DNA of 64,000 bases. It comes from an uncultured Gammaproteobacteria bacterium. GTDB lineage: Bacteria > Patescibacteriota > Microgenomatia > UBA8517. Shown here piece by piece: positions 18,798 to 28,925 of the stretch (the stretch's first letter is position 1; each line of letters begins with the position of its first letter). The position numbers and the translations under genes are program-made. The stretch is from the NCBI GenBank assembly GCA_964435575.1, contig CAYSZS010000001.1:43206-107205 (forward strand). The letters are read 5' to 3'. The notes beneath the pieces were generated by a model. The model was not told where the DNA came from, searched no databases, and was given only the letters and a program-made list of their open reading frames with translations.

Positions 18798-19715
18798 ATG
18801 AAAAATTTAATATTAGTTACGGGTTCGGAAGGGTTAGTTGGCTCGAGATTTGTGGAGATTTCACAGAGGAAAAACTTTTTACATCTGCCGAAAGAGGTTG
18901 AACTTGATATTACAGATAAATCCGAGATAAAGGCGGTAATAGAAAGTTATAATTTCAGTGCCGTTGTTAATTTTGCCGCCTTCACAAATGTGGGAAAAGC
19001 CGAGGAAGAGAAAGATGACAAAGAGGGAGATTGTTGGCAGGTTAACGTTGAAGGAGTAAGAAATTTCACTGAAGCTATAAAACCCCACAAAGAGCGTATA
19101 CATTTTATTCAGATTTCAACAGATATGGTTTTTCCGGGAAGCTTGGAGGATCCCGGAGCTTATGAAGAAACCCACCCTCCTGAATCCGATTCCTCAAAAC
19201 TGAATTGGTACGGTTTCACAAAGAGCGAGGCAGAAAGGGTTGTGGGTGATGTTTTGGGTAATTCAGGAACGATCCTACGAATAATTTATCCGGTCAGGGC
19301 TCGTTTTGAAGCTAAATTGGATTATTTGAGAAAGTTCCTTAAGCTATATGATGCGGGAAAACTTTATCCGGTGTTTTCCGATCAGCAAATTTCCATAACT
19401 TACATCGACGAGGCTTGCCATGCGATAGACAAAATTATTATTGAGGGACATAAGGGAATATTCCACGCCAGCTCATCGGATATAACTACTCCGTATGAGC
19501 TAGTTACTTATTTACTTGATAAAACTCGCGGGGTGAAAGATGCCCCGAAGGCTATTTCTTTAGAGGAACATTTGACTAAGACAGGTAGTTCTTTATATCG
19601 TTATCCTAAGTTTGGTGGATTAAAAGTTGATATAACAGAGGCTAAATTAGGAATTAAATTTAGCACCTGGAAAGAGATCGTTGATAAGCTCATTTCGCAG
19701 GGAATTGGGAAATGA
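18798..19715 (+). CDS. rmlD: dTDP-4-dehydrorhamnose reductase-like NAD(P)-dependent reductase
   Basis: N-terminal ILVTGSEGLVGSRF Rossmann motif. RmlD-like length and position after rmlABC. Confidence 0.75.
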   Translation: MKNLILVTGSEGLVGSRFVEISQRKNFLHLPKEVELDITDKSEIKAVIESYNFSAVVNFAAFTNVGKAEEEKDDKEGDCWQVNVEGVRNFTEAIKPHKERIHFIQISTDMVFPGSLEDPGAYEETHPPESDSSKLNWYGFTKSEAERVVGDVLGNSGTILRIIYPVRARFEAKLDYLRKFLKLYDAGKLYPVFSDQQISITYIDEACHAIDKIIIEGHKGIFHASSSDITTPYELVTYLLDKTRGVKDAPKAISLEEHLTKTGSSLYRYPKFGGLKVDITEAKLGIKFSTWKEIVDKLISQGIGK

Positions 19716-19788
19716 CACTTCAAAAAATAGTAGTTTTGAGCCTCGATTAGTCTTATAGTATAATACTTCAATCTAAAGAATTTTCTGT

Positions 19789-19861
19789 CCAGCCTGCCGG
19801 AGACCATACGGTACCCGACTTGCCAGATACCGTTTGGTATCTGGCTTGCCACCAAGGCTGG
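19789..19861 (+). terminator. GC-rich compound hairpin followed by a T-run. Probable intrinsic terminator of the rml operon.
   Basis: The outer 7-bp inverted repeat is CCAGCCT...AGGCTGG. It encloses the inner hairpin CCAGATACC-GTTT-GGTATCTGG (19823-19844) and is followed by ATTTTTGG. Confidence 0.5.
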
Positions 19862-19892
19862 ATTTTTGGTTGTAAAGAACTTACTGAAATTA

Positions 19893-22670
19893 ATGGAAGA
19901 AAAACAAGAAATCGTTTCTGATATCAGTATTAATTCGCCTATAGGCCTGGGCTTTGTTCGTAAAGGGAAAAAATACGTCACTCATACGCGCCTCCCTCTT
20001 TCCGAATCCGCTTTCCAGACTCTTGTCCTTTGGCAGAAAGTACTCCTTGTAGGAGTGTGTCTTTCGTTTCTGATGGGAATAATAATCAATATAAAACTTT
20101 CAATAATAAGCGTAATTGCGTTTTTAACGTTCCTATATTCGCAAGATCTGATTTTTAGTTTATACATTCTTCTCAGAAGTCTAAATAATCCACCCGAAAT
20201 TAAATTTAGCCAGAAAACTATCTCAAAAATAGATGAGCAGACTCTTCCCATCTATTCAATTCTCTGTCCCTTATATAAAGAAGCCAAGGTGCTGCCGCAA
20301 TTTGTAGGGGCAATTAAGGAATTGGATTGGCCTAAAGATAAACTTGACGTACTTTTGTTATTGGAGGAGGACGATCATGAAACCATTAATTGTGCTTATG
20401 AACTCAACCTTCCCCCCTTCTTTAAAATACTTGTCGTTCCTGATTCCTTGCCTAAGACGAAACCCAAAGCCTGTAATTATGGCTTGGCTAATGCAGTGGG
20501 AGAGTATGTCGTAGTTTATGACGCTGAAGATAAGCCAGATCCTCTTCAATTGAAAAAAGCACACCTAGCTTTCCAAAAACTTCCGAATAATGTTGTCTGT
20601 TTGCAATCCAAATTAAATTATTATAACGCAAACCAGAATTTATTAACTCGTCTTTTTACGTCGGAATATTCTTTATGGTTTGATGTAATTTTACCGGGAT
20701 TTCAATCAATAAACACAATTATTCCTCTCGGTGGAACAAGTAACCATTTCAAAAAGAATTTTTTAACTAAGTTAAATGGCTGGGATCCTTTTAACGTTAC
20801 AGAAGATTGTGATTTAGGTGTGAGGATTTTCAAAAAAGGATATAAAACAGCAATAATCGACTCAACAACATACGAGGAGGCAAATAGTAAAATTAAAAGT
20901 TGGATTCGGCAGCGCTCGCGTTGGTTAAAAGGTTATATTCAAACATATTTAGTTCATACAAGGGACCCGATTGGCTTTGTTCGAAGTCACGGAATTCACG
21001 CCTTGATTTTCCATTTAATAATAGGAATAAGGACAATTTTTATACTTATTAATCCTTTACTCTGGGTAACAACTTTATCTTACTTTTTATTTAACTCGTA
21101 CCTTGGTCCCACAATCGAGGCTTTGTACCCAGTCCCAATTTATTACGTAGCGGTTTCCTGTTTAGTTTTTGGAAACTTTATGTACTTTTACATTTATATG
21201 ATAGGTTGTGCAAAGCGAAAGAGGTGGGAGTTAGTCAAATACGTGTTCTTTGTTCCGGCCTACTGGGTTTTTGCAAGCATATCTGCGGTAATTGCTTTTC
21301 AGCAGTTGGTCGTTAAGCCACACTTTTGGGAAAAAACCGAACACGGTTTCCATTTAAGTAAAGCAAGGATTGGCTACCCACTTAAGATAGACTGGAGATT
21401 TATATTCCAATCCTTTCAACTCGTAAATAAAGTATATTTTGTATTCTCAAGGACGCTAAGTGATCTATTGGGACTTCTCGAGGAAATAAAAATAGACAAT
21501 AGTGTCGAAAATGGAAATTTAAGAATTTTAGTATTTAATTGGCGAGACACCAAACATGTTTGGAACGGTGGGGCTGAGGTATACATACACGAGTTAGCCA
21601 GAAGGTGGGTGGCGGTCGGGTATAAGGTAACTTTTTTTTGCGGGTGGGATAGATTGGCTAGAAGAAACGAAACAGTTGACGGGATCAGGGTTATAAGGCG
21701 CGGTGGATTTTATACAGTTTATCCATTGGCCATTTTGTATTACCTTTTTAAATTAAGAGGTAAGTTTGATATCGTAGTTGATTGCGAAAATGGTATTCCT
21801 TTCTTTACTCCGCTTTTTGTGGAAGTCCCAAAAATTCTTTTGATCCATCACGTTCACCAAGAGGTTTTCAGAAAACATTTGCCTTTTCCGCTATCCAAAA
21901 TAGCAATAGCCATGGAATCAAAACTCATGCCTAATGTATACAAAAACCAACCGGTAATTACTATTTCTAATTCTTCAAAGGCTGACTTGGTTGATAGGGG
22001 CTGGGTTAATCCCGAGAAAATAGAAGTAATATCTCCTGGAGTTGATTTAGCTCTATATAAAAAAATGCCAAAAACATTCTTTCCTTCCTTTATCTATTTA
22101 GGAAGACTTATGGCTTGGAAAAATTTGGATACGTTACTCTATGCTTTTTCAGATCTTATTGACAAGGTTCCCGTGGCAGAACTTACCATTGCTGGTTTTG
22201 GAGAAGATTTGGTTCGACTTCAAAAAATCGCTCAGAAATTGGGAATCGAGAAAAAAGTTCATTTTCCGGGTAGAGTTACGGAGGAAGAGAGGTCGCGTTT
22301 ATTTGGCGTAAGCTGGGCAGCTATACAACCCTCTTCATTTGAGGGCTGGGGTATTACTGTGATCGAAGCGAATGCTTGTGGGACTCCTGTTATTGCATCA
22401 GACATTAATGGTCTTAGAGACTCGGTTCTTGACGGACGAACCGGTTTACTTTTTCCGGCGAGAAACGCAAAAGTTCTTAGCCAGAAAATGCTTATACTGG
22501 CCACTAACCAGAGATTTAGAAGTTATTTATCTGACGAAGCGTTTTTTTGGGCAAGGTGTTTCAACTGGGATCACTCAGCAAAAACTTTCGAACGAGTAAT
22601 TGTCGGTTATTTGGGCGGAAGACAAGTTATACCGTCCTACCAATACGTCCGGAATTCCGTAGAAGAATGA
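19893..22670 (+). CDS. Bifunctional membrane glycosyltransferase. An N-terminal processive GT2 (cellulose/chitin-synthase-like) is fused to a C-terminal GT4.
   Basis: GT2 part: the DxD motif is VVYDAEDKPD and the Q(R/Q)xRW motif is QRSRWLKG, flanked by TM helices. GT4 part: EGWGITVIEANACGTPVIASDINGLRDSV (the E-x7-E motif). The ORF is open from 19866, but the first ATG (MEEKQE) is at 19893, after the terminator-like hairpin. Confidence 0.85.
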   Translation: MEEKQEIVSDISINSPIGLGFVRKGKKYVTHTRLPLSESAFQTLVLWQKVLLVGVCLSFLMGIIINIKLSIISVIAFLTFLYSQDLIFSLYILLRSLNNPPEIKFSQKTISKIDEQTLPIYSILCPLYKEAKVLPQFVGAIKELDWPKDKLDVLLLLEEDDHETINCAYELNLPPFFKILVVPDSLPKTKPKACNYGLANAVGEYVVVYDAEDKPDPLQLKKAHLAFQKLPNNVVCLQSKLNYYNANQNLLTRLFTSEYSLWFDVILPGFQSINTIIPLGGTSNHFKKNFLTKLNGWDPFNVTEDCDLGVRIFKKGYKTAIIDSTTYEEANSKIKSWIRQRSRWLKGYIQTYLVHTRDPIGFVRSHGIHALIFHLIIGIRTIFILINPLLWVTTLSYFLFNSYLGPTIEALYPVPIYYVAVSCLVFGNFMYFYIYMIGCAKRKRWELVKYVFFVPAYWVFASISAVIAFQQLVVKPHFWEKTEHGFHLSKARIGYPLKIDWRFIFQSFQLVNKVYFVFSRTLSDLLGLLEEIKIDNSVENGNLRILVFNWRDTKHVWNGGAEVYIHELARRWVAVGYKVTFFCGWDRLARRNETVDGIRVIRRGGFYTVYPLAILYYLFKLRGKFDIVVDCENGIPFFTPLFVEVPKILLIHHVHQEVFRKHLPFPLSKIAIAMESKLMPNVYKNQPVITISNSSKADLVDRGWVNPEKIEVISPGVDLALYKKMPKTFFPSFIYLGRLMAWKNLDTLLYAFSDLIDKVPVAELTIAGFGEDLVRLQKIAQKLGIEKKVHFPGRVTEEERSRLFGVSWAAIQPSSFEGWGITVIEANACGTPVIASDINGLRDSVLDGRTGLLFPARNAKVLSQKMLILATNQRFRSYLSDEAFFWARCFNWDHSAKTFERVIVGYLGGRQVIPSYQYVRNSVEE

Positions 22671-23752
22671 AAATAGTATTTTCAAATTATGACGATATTA
22701 AAAACCCTTTTTATGGAGGCGGCGGTGCATATGCCATACATGAAATAGCAAGGAGGTTTAGTAAAAAAGGACACAAAGTTGTCGTCATAACCGGAAAATA
22801 CAAGGGTTCAAAAGATGTATTTGTCGAAAAAGTTAAATATAAAAGGATTGGTTTTAGTTGGACGGGTCCAAAACTATCTCAGTTAATTTATCATCTTATT
22901 CTTCCCATTTTTGTAAAAATTACCAATTTTGATATTTGGATAGAAAGTTTTACCCCACCACACTCAACTAGTTTTTTACCCCTTTTTACTAAAAAAAATG
23001 TTGTTGGTTTAGTACACATGTTGGCAAGTGAAGATATGAGGAGAAAATATAAACTCCCCTTTCATTTGGTTGAGAAAATAGGCTTAAGATTTTACAAACA
23101 CTTTATTGTATTAAATGACATAACTGAAATAAATATAAGAAAGGTAAATGAGTCTGCCAATATAAAAATAATTCCTAACGGAATAGATATCCCACAATAC
23201 ATTTCTAAGAAAAGAAGAACAAACATACTTTTTCTAGGTAGAATTGAGATAAACCAAAAAGGGTTAGACCTACTTTTGAAAGCATATAAAAAGGTGGACA
23301 GTAAAAAACTTGTAAAACTGGTAATCGCCGGAGGCGGAACCGAAAGCGAAGTTGAGAGTCTAAAATCGCTAATCATAAAGTTTGGCTTAAAAAATAATGT
23401 TGAATATGTCGGAAAGGTTATTGGAAGAAAGAAAAATAATTTATTTAACAAGGCTTTATTTATGGTAATTCCCTCCAGGTATGAAACATTTTCTATTGTC
23501 TCTTTGGAAGCAGCAGCTTGGGGATTACCAATTATATGTTTTGATATCGAAGGTTTAAGATGGCTACCGAAAAATTGTGCTCTTAAGATTAAACCTTTCA
23601 GTGTTGATTTATTTGCCAAAGAAATGGAAAGGCTGGAATCGGACAGTCGCCTGAGAGAAAGTTTAGGAAACAGTGCCAGGGTTTACGTTAGAAGATATAG
23701 TTGGAATGATATTTTCCGAAAGTACGAGAAATTCATTACACAATTAGTATGA
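22667..23752 (+). CDS. Glycosyltransferase family 4 (GT-B, retaining)
   Basis: The ATG overlaps the upstream stop (ATGA). The N-terminus is MKIVFSNYDDIKNPFYGGGGAYAIHEIARRF, and the C-terminus carries a GT4-type ETFSIVSLEAAAWGLPII. Confidence 0.8.
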   Translation: MKIVFSNYDDIKNPFYGGGGAYAIHEIARRFSKKGHKVVVITGKYKGSKDVFVEKVKYKRIGFSWTGPKLSQLIYHLILPIFVKITNFDIWIESFTPPHSTSFLPLFTKKNVVGLVHMLASEDMRRKYKLPFHLVEKIGLRFYKHFIVLNDITEINIRKVNESANIKIIPNGIDIPQYISKKRRTNILFLGRIEINQKGLDLLLKAYKKVDSKKLVKLVIAGGGTESEVESLKSLIIKFGLKNNVEYVGKVIGRKKNNLFNKALFMVIPSRYETFSIVSLEAAAWGLPIICFDIEGLRWLPKNCALKIKPFSVDLFAKEMERLESDSRLRESLGNSARVYVRRYSWNDIFRKYEKFITQLV

Positions 23753-24555
23753 ACAAAAGTTTCGATTTAATCGCCAAAAAGATTATTGATAAAAAGATTC
23801 GTTGTTTATTTATTTCTCCTCATCTTGATGATGCGATACTGTCTTGCGGAGGTCTAATTTTTTATTTAAACGAGAGAAAAGTGCCTGTAACTATCATGAA
23901 CGTTTTTTCCGAGGGAGCGACGAAACCTTATACACTTTCCGCAAGGGTTCATCTGTATTTGACAAACCATAAAAGTGCAAAAGATTTATATAGAGAAAGA
24001 AGAAAAGAAGATAAATTTGTACTAGGAAAATTGGGACTCAAGTCTATTAATTTAGGATTTATAGAGGCTCTATATCGCAAGAGAAAGGTTGGGCGAGTAA
24101 GACTAATGCTTGGAAGAATTTTACCTGAGATTATTCACGTTTACAGAACTTACCACTTTGGCATTCTAAGTGGCGATATCTCTAAAGAAAAGCTTTTAGA
24201 AGAAAAGATATCAGGAAAACTTAAGACTCAAATAGGGGGTCATAAGAACACTTTAATTTTCTGTCCGCTTGGCCTGGGAGTACACGTAGATCATATTTTG
24301 GTAAGACAAGCATGCTCTAATAATTTTGAAAAACTAATTTATTGGTATGATTTTCCTTACAAAGATAAGAAAGCTGAAACTGAAAATTTTAAGAATGTTC
24401 ATAGATTAGAAAAATATTTGTTTGATAAAAATATTAAAGAGAAAAAGGGTTTAATTTCAGGTTACCAAAGTCAAATAAGAACTTTATTTAAAAAAGGTAT
24501 TAAATTGAATTCTGAAAAGTATTTTGTGAACAGCAAAGTAATTCTAAATGAATGA
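23749..24555 (+). CDS. PIG-L/LmbE family N-acetylglucosaminyl deacetylase
   Basis: LFISPHLDDAILSCGG matches the PIG-L SPHxDD metal-binding motif. A downstream HxxH is present. Confidence 0.8.
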   Translation: MNKSFDLIAKKIIDKKIRCLFISPHLDDAILSCGGLIFYLNERKVPVTIMNVFSEGATKPYTLSARVHLYLTNHKSAKDLYRERRKEDKFVLGKLGLKSINLGFIEALYRKRKVGRVRLMLGRILPEIIHVYRTYHFGILSGDISKEKLLEEKISGKLKTQIGGHKNTLIFCPLGLGVHVDHILVRQACSNNFEKLIYWYDFPYKDKKAETENFKNVHRLEKYLFDKNIKEKKGLISGYQSQIRTLFKKGIKLNSEKYFVNSKVILNE

Positions 24556-25646
24556 AAGCAAAAGAAAACATGACAAAAATAGAAGTTATTAGGGAAGTTA
24601 ATGATAAATTTATTCTAGCCTGGGATATCTTATGGCGAGATTCTTATAATCCGCATCTCTTTAATTCATCGAAGTGGTTTTTGTCGTATGTTAATTCTTT
24701 CAATCCGACGGATTATCACATAGTTGTTTTAAGTGAGGGTGAGAAGATAGTTGCAATATTACCCTTAATTAAGGATAAGCACTATGCGATAAACGTATTG
24801 AGAAATTCTGGAGGCAAGTATTTGGATAGATCAAGTTTGTTGACAGAAGAAAATGATACAGGCGTGATAACTGATATTTTTAAAGAAATTTCAAAATATC
24901 AAAATTTATATCTGGCAGAGGTGGATAGAGAAACCTCAGAAGTTTTTAGAAATAAAAAGAATATTCTTGTTCTCCCTTCCTCAGTAAATCCATATCTCAC
25001 GTTAGATGGCGAGAGTTGCTTCAGATTTTTGTCGAAAAAGAATGAAAGCAAGATCTTAAATAGCTTTAAAAAATATAAAAGGTTCATAAAAATAAGACAT
25101 ATTGTAAAACCTACTTTAAGAGATGCTAAAACCATTTTTGAAATTGACAAATATAGTTCAAAAGCCCAAAAGGGGAAGGAAAGTTTTTCTCGCCCAGAGG
25201 CAAAAATCTTAATTAAAACGCTGGTTAAAAGAGCCGCTAATTTTATCGTCATTGACATTCTGTATTTTAACAAAATACCCGTTGCTTATACTTTCGGCAC
25301 AGCCTTTAGAAAAATTTATCACGGCATGTATACGGCTTACAGAAAGGAATATAAAAATATAATTCCTGGAAAAATGCTGATTTATATGTTGATTCAAAAA
25401 TTAAAAGAGGATGGTTATAAAATCATTGATTTTGGAAGAGGTGGAGGCGGGTTGAAAAGCGATTTTACGCCAAATAAGAAAATTCAATACGATATCTATT
25501 ACTCGCCGAGTCCTGTGGTTAGGTTATGGTGGTATAGTTTGTATTTACTTAAAAATTTTGTCTTAAATAGAAACCGTTTTTACCAATTTCTTTGCAGTTC
25601 AAAAAGACTTTTAAATATTACGAGATACAGAATTTTAGAAATATGA
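24552..25646 (+). CDS. FemAB/CelD-like (Acetyltransf_6-type) acyl/aminoacyl-transferase domain protein
   Basis: A C-terminal GNAT-like region (KMLIYMLIQKLKEDGYKIIDFGRGGGG) and its context in a polysaccharide cluster. The assignment is by family resemblance only. Confidence 0.4.
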   Translation: MKAKENMTKIEVIREVNDKFILAWDILWRDSYNPHLFNSSKWFLSYVNSFNPTDYHIVVLSEGEKIVAILPLIKDKHYAINVLRNSGGKYLDRSSLLTEENDTGVITDIFKEISKYQNLYLAEVDRETSEVFRNKKNILVLPSSVNPYLTLDGESCFRFLSKKNESKILNSFKKYKRFIKIRHIVKPTLRDAKTIFEIDKYSSKAQKGKESFSRPEAKILIKTLVKRAANFIVIDILYFNKIPVAYTFGTAFRKIYHGMYTAYRKEYKNIIPGKMLIYMLIQKLKEDGYKIIDFGRGGGGLKSDFTPNKKIQYDIYYSPSPVVRLWWYSLYLLKNFVLNRNRFYQFLCSSKRLLNITRYRILEI

Positions 25647-27289
25647 AGTGGCTTAGTAAAAATATCGGTATAATAATTTTTTGTATAGCTATTCTAGTAT
25701 TATCTGTTAGGGGACTGTCTGGAAATCCAGATAGTACTCAACTTAATACGGATAAATGGACTAGCGAAGGTCCTTTTGAGTTATCGCCTGAGCGGGGAAG
25801 ATTTGCCTTAACCTACTCTTTGGTAGAGGATAAATCTATTTATTTTTCCAAAGAAATTGCTCGTTTCACTATACCTGACCTCGGCTATATCAACGGTAAA
25901 TATGTGTCGCTTTTTGCACCCGGTGTCTCTTTTATTGTTGTTCCCGGCTATTTGCTAGGAAAAGTGTATGGGGTGTCGCAAGTCGGCTCTTTCTTTGTGA
26001 TAATAATCTTTGCGGTTTTAAATGCTTTAATTATTCAAAAGCTGGCTAAGTTTTTTGGTGCTGGGAATCTTACGTCTACACTTTCTTCACTAGCTTTCCT
26101 TTTTGCAACTCCTTCTTTTTCCTATGCGGTTAACTTATATCAACATCATATTTCAACCTTTTTACTTCTTGTCAGTACTTTTTTACTACTTACCAGAAGA
26201 GGTTTTGTTAAATATTTATTAATTTGGTTTTTGTTTGGGTTAAGTTTACTGGTCGACTACCCGAATTTCTTTCTTTTTTTACCGATAATTATCTATTCCC
26301 TAGTTGAAGCCATTATTCTCAGAATGCGTAGTTCCGGACTAACAGTAAAAGTAGATCTTTGGAAATATTTCGGAATTTTAGGAATTATCTTACCCTTGGT
26401 AATATTTTTTTGGTATAACAAAAGTGCTTACGGCTCCCCCCTTCAACTCGCGGGCACCGTCCAGAACGTTCGCGAGATGGACAGTAAAGGGAATCCAGTT
26501 AGAAGTATTACTCCGGATGATAATGAGGGGGATTCAATTGAAGAAAGTGGTAATACACAAAATGCAGCAACCTTTTTTAAGACCAGAAATCTGGCCAACG
26601 GTTTATATGTACATTTATTAAGTCCGGATCGCGGAATAATATATTATGCCCCAGTAACTCTTTTCGGGATTCTGGGTATCGTAGAGTTAACAAAAAAGAA
26701 AAAACAGACTTCTCTTCTTATTTCTGTTATCGGAGTTAACTTAATTCTTTACTCGATGTGGGGAGATCCCTGGGGCGGATGGGGGTTCGGTTCGCGATAT
26801 CTAGTTCCTTCATACGCATTTACCGCACCTTTTGTCGGGTTAGCTATTTCAAAGTTCAGGAAAAATACAATGTTTATGATTATGATTACTCTCACGTTCT
26901 TTTATTCGCTTTCTGTGAATACTTTGGGAGCAATAACAACAAGTTCTAATCCTCCGGAAGTAGAGGTTGAGTATTTATCTTCCCAGTCCCATAAGGTGGA
27001 AAAATATACTTATGAAAGAAATATTGATTTTCTGAGTAGTCATGGCTCTAAATCCTATTTTTATAATGAATTTCTTAGCGATTGGCTTAGTCCTTGGCAA
27101 TTCTATTTGGTAATGGTCGCGATACTCATGTCTTTGGTAACCACTTTCATTTTACGCATGAATAGTTTCAGGTATGGTTCAGAGATAGAGTTTGTTCTCA
27201 AGGGGGGCAAAGAAGGAAAAAACCTGAAGGTTTACTTGGAAATCATGGATAAGTTAAAAACCCTTCCAAGAGGGATTAAGTTTTGGTGA
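25643..27289 (+). CDS. Polytopic membrane protein, GT-C-like glycosyltransferase candidate
   Basis: More than 10 predicted TM helices with periplasmic loops. It lies in the GT island. The start is taken at MKWLSKN to avoid overlap with the upstream gene. Confidence 0.55.
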   Translation: MKWLSKNIGIIIFCIAILVLSVRGLSGNPDSTQLNTDKWTSEGPFELSPERGRFALTYSLVEDKSIYFSKEIARFTIPDLGYINGKYVSLFAPGVSFIVVPGYLLGKVYGVSQVGSFFVIIIFAVLNALIIQKLAKFFGAGNLTSTLSSLAFLFATPSFSYAVNLYQHHISTFLLLVSTFLLLTRRGFVKYLLIWFLFGLSLLVDYPNFFLFLPIIIYSLVEAIILRMRSSGLTVKVDLWKYFGILGIILPLVIFFWYNKSAYGSPLQLAGTVQNVREMDSKGNPVRSITPDDNEGDSIEESGNTQNAATFFKTRNLANGLYVHLLSPDRGIIYYAPVTLFGILGIVELTKKKKQTSLLISVIGVNLILYSMWGDPWGGWGFGSRYLVPSYAFTAPFVGLAISKFRKNTMFMIMITLTFFYSLSVNTLGAITTSSNPPEVEVEYLSSQSHKVEKYTYERNIDFLSSHGSKSYFYNEFLSDWLSPWQFYLVMVAILMSLVTTFILRMNSFRYGSEIEFVLKGGKEGKNLKVYLEIMDKLKTLPRGIKFW

Positions 27290-28914
27290 CGAAAATGGAC
27301 AAGTTTACATTACAGTTTACATTATCAAAGTCTTTAATTATTAAGTTACAGAAATTTTTTGATAAAAATATTCTGTCGATTCTTATTTTAACTTTAAGTT
27401 TAATAAGTGTTTTTGCTTTTTTGTTTTATTACGAAAACAAGCTTGGTCTTTCTTATAACGATGCGAGATCTCATTTGGATATGGGTAGGCGTGTTGTCGA
27501 AAATTTAAAACCCGGCCTTGCTCAACTTGGTTCTGTTTGGCTTCCGCTTCCTCATATTTTAATGATTCCGACAATTTGGAGTGACTTTATGTGGCACTCA
27601 GGACTATCCGGTGCAATCCAATCAATGTTTTCATTTGTAGCAACAGGATGCCTTATTTATCTTTTCTTGAAAAATTTGAAAATAGGGCTTTTTGAGAGGA
27701 TTTTCGGTGTATTTATTTTTGTTGCCAATATAAACGTTTTATATCTTCAGTCAACCGCCATGACTGAGCTTTTACTTTTGGCAACAATGACCGCTGGGGT
27801 TTACTTTCTCGCCCGTTGGGTTAACGACGATAATATTTTCAACTTGATTAAAGGAGCACTATTCGTAATGTCGTCTACTCTTATAAGATACGATGGGTGG
27901 TTTCTTTTTATATTCGCTAGTCTACTTGTCGCATTTATTAGCATAAGGAAGAGGGGTTTACGCGAGGCCGAGGGGAATTTTATTTTTTATTCGACTTTGG
28001 CGGGTTTTGGTATAGTAATGTGGCTTGTCTGGAATTTATTAATTTTCAAAGATCCTTTATATTTTGCATATGGCCCTTATTCTGCACAGTCGCAACAAAA
28101 AATGCTTGAAGAAGCCGGAGAATTGTCAACAAAGGGGGATTTTCTGATGTCGGCGAAAGCATATTTTTATTCCATTTTTTATAATAGTTATACATTTTCG
28201 GCGATGTTAGGTTTTGCTGGAGCAGTTACCTTTTTTTTAGATAAAAAAATTAAATTTTTGGTTAGAGTTATCTCGTTTTCTCTTCTTGCTCCACTTTTTT
28301 TTAATATCATTGCACTTTATTTGGGGCATTCTGTTCTTTTTTTACCGGGTATCATCGGGAGGACTTGGTTTAATATTCGATATGGTGCTTTGATGCTTCC
28401 CTCAATTGCAATATTTTCAGCATATCTTATCAATAAGCTTGGAGTTCTAAAGTGGGTTTTTGTAGGAATCTTTTGTCTGGTAATTTTTTTCGCTTTTGTA
28501 AATAACGACGCGGCGACAATCGAAGACGCTGTTTACGGCGAAAGTGCAAGAAATGTGTCAGAGGTAAGCACTTGGCTTCAGAATAATGCTAAAGATAAAG
28601 AAGGACTTGTTTTAATGTCGGTAGCTTCCCACGATGCAATTATATTTTCATCTGGCTTGCCTATGAAAAAATTCATCCATGAGGGGACAGGTGCTTACTG
28701 GGATTATGCCATCGAAAATCCCGATAGATGGGCAACATGGATAGTGACAAGAACACATGACTTGAATGATGCGGTGTTCAGAGAAGTGAGAGATTCCGAT
28801 GGTTTTAAGAAGTATGAATTGGTGGATCATTATCCCTTTGCGGATATTTACCAACTTAAGCCTGAATACAGAAGTGAATTTTTAGCGAAACCTGTTCTTG
28901 GTAAGCAGAACTAA
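27283..28914 (+). CDS. Polytopic membrane protein with a C-terminal soluble domain, GT-C-like glycosyltransferase candidate
   Basis: Many TM helices. The first loop carries YNDARSHLDMGRRV (an Asp/Arg-containing loop of the kind found in ArnT/PMT-type enzymes). There is a roughly 150-aa C-terminal extracytoplasmic domain. Confidence 0.55.
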   Translation: MVTKMDKFTLQFTLSKSLIIKLQKFFDKNILSILILTLSLISVFAFLFYYENKLGLSYNDARSHLDMGRRVVENLKPGLAQLGSVWLPLPHILMIPTIWSDFMWHSGLSGAIQSMFSFVATGCLIYLFLKNLKIGLFERIFGVFIFVANINVLYLQSTAMTELLLLATMTAGVYFLARWVNDDNIFNLIKGALFVMSSTLIRYDGWFLFIFASLLVAFISIRKRGLREAEGNFIFYSTLAGFGIVMWLVWNLLIFKDPLYFAYGPYSAQSQQKMLEEAGELSTKGDFLMSAKAYFYSIFYNSYTFSAMLGFAGAVTFFLDKKIKFLVRVISFSLLAPLFFNIIALYLGHSVLFLPGIIGRTWFNIRYGALMLPSIAIFSAYLINKLGVLKWVFVGIFCLVIFFAFVNNDAATIEDAVYGESARNVSEVSTWLQNNAKDKEGLVLMSVASHDAIIFSSGLPMKKFIHEGTGAYWDYAIENPDRWATWIVTRTHDLNDAVFREVRDSDGFKKYELVDHYPFADIYQLKPEYRSEFLAKPVLGKQN

Positions 28915-28925
28915 CTTATGTTTTT

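Noticed and set aside
19601-20251. Minus-strand ORFs (126 and 89 aa) overlapping the rmlD 3' end and the GT2-GT4 5' end
   Set aside because: They overlap confidently called + strand genes and the terminator hairpin. No motifs.
23092-23619. 175-aa antisense ORF within the GT4 gene
   Set aside because: Hydrophobic low-complexity translation of AT-rich antisense DNA.
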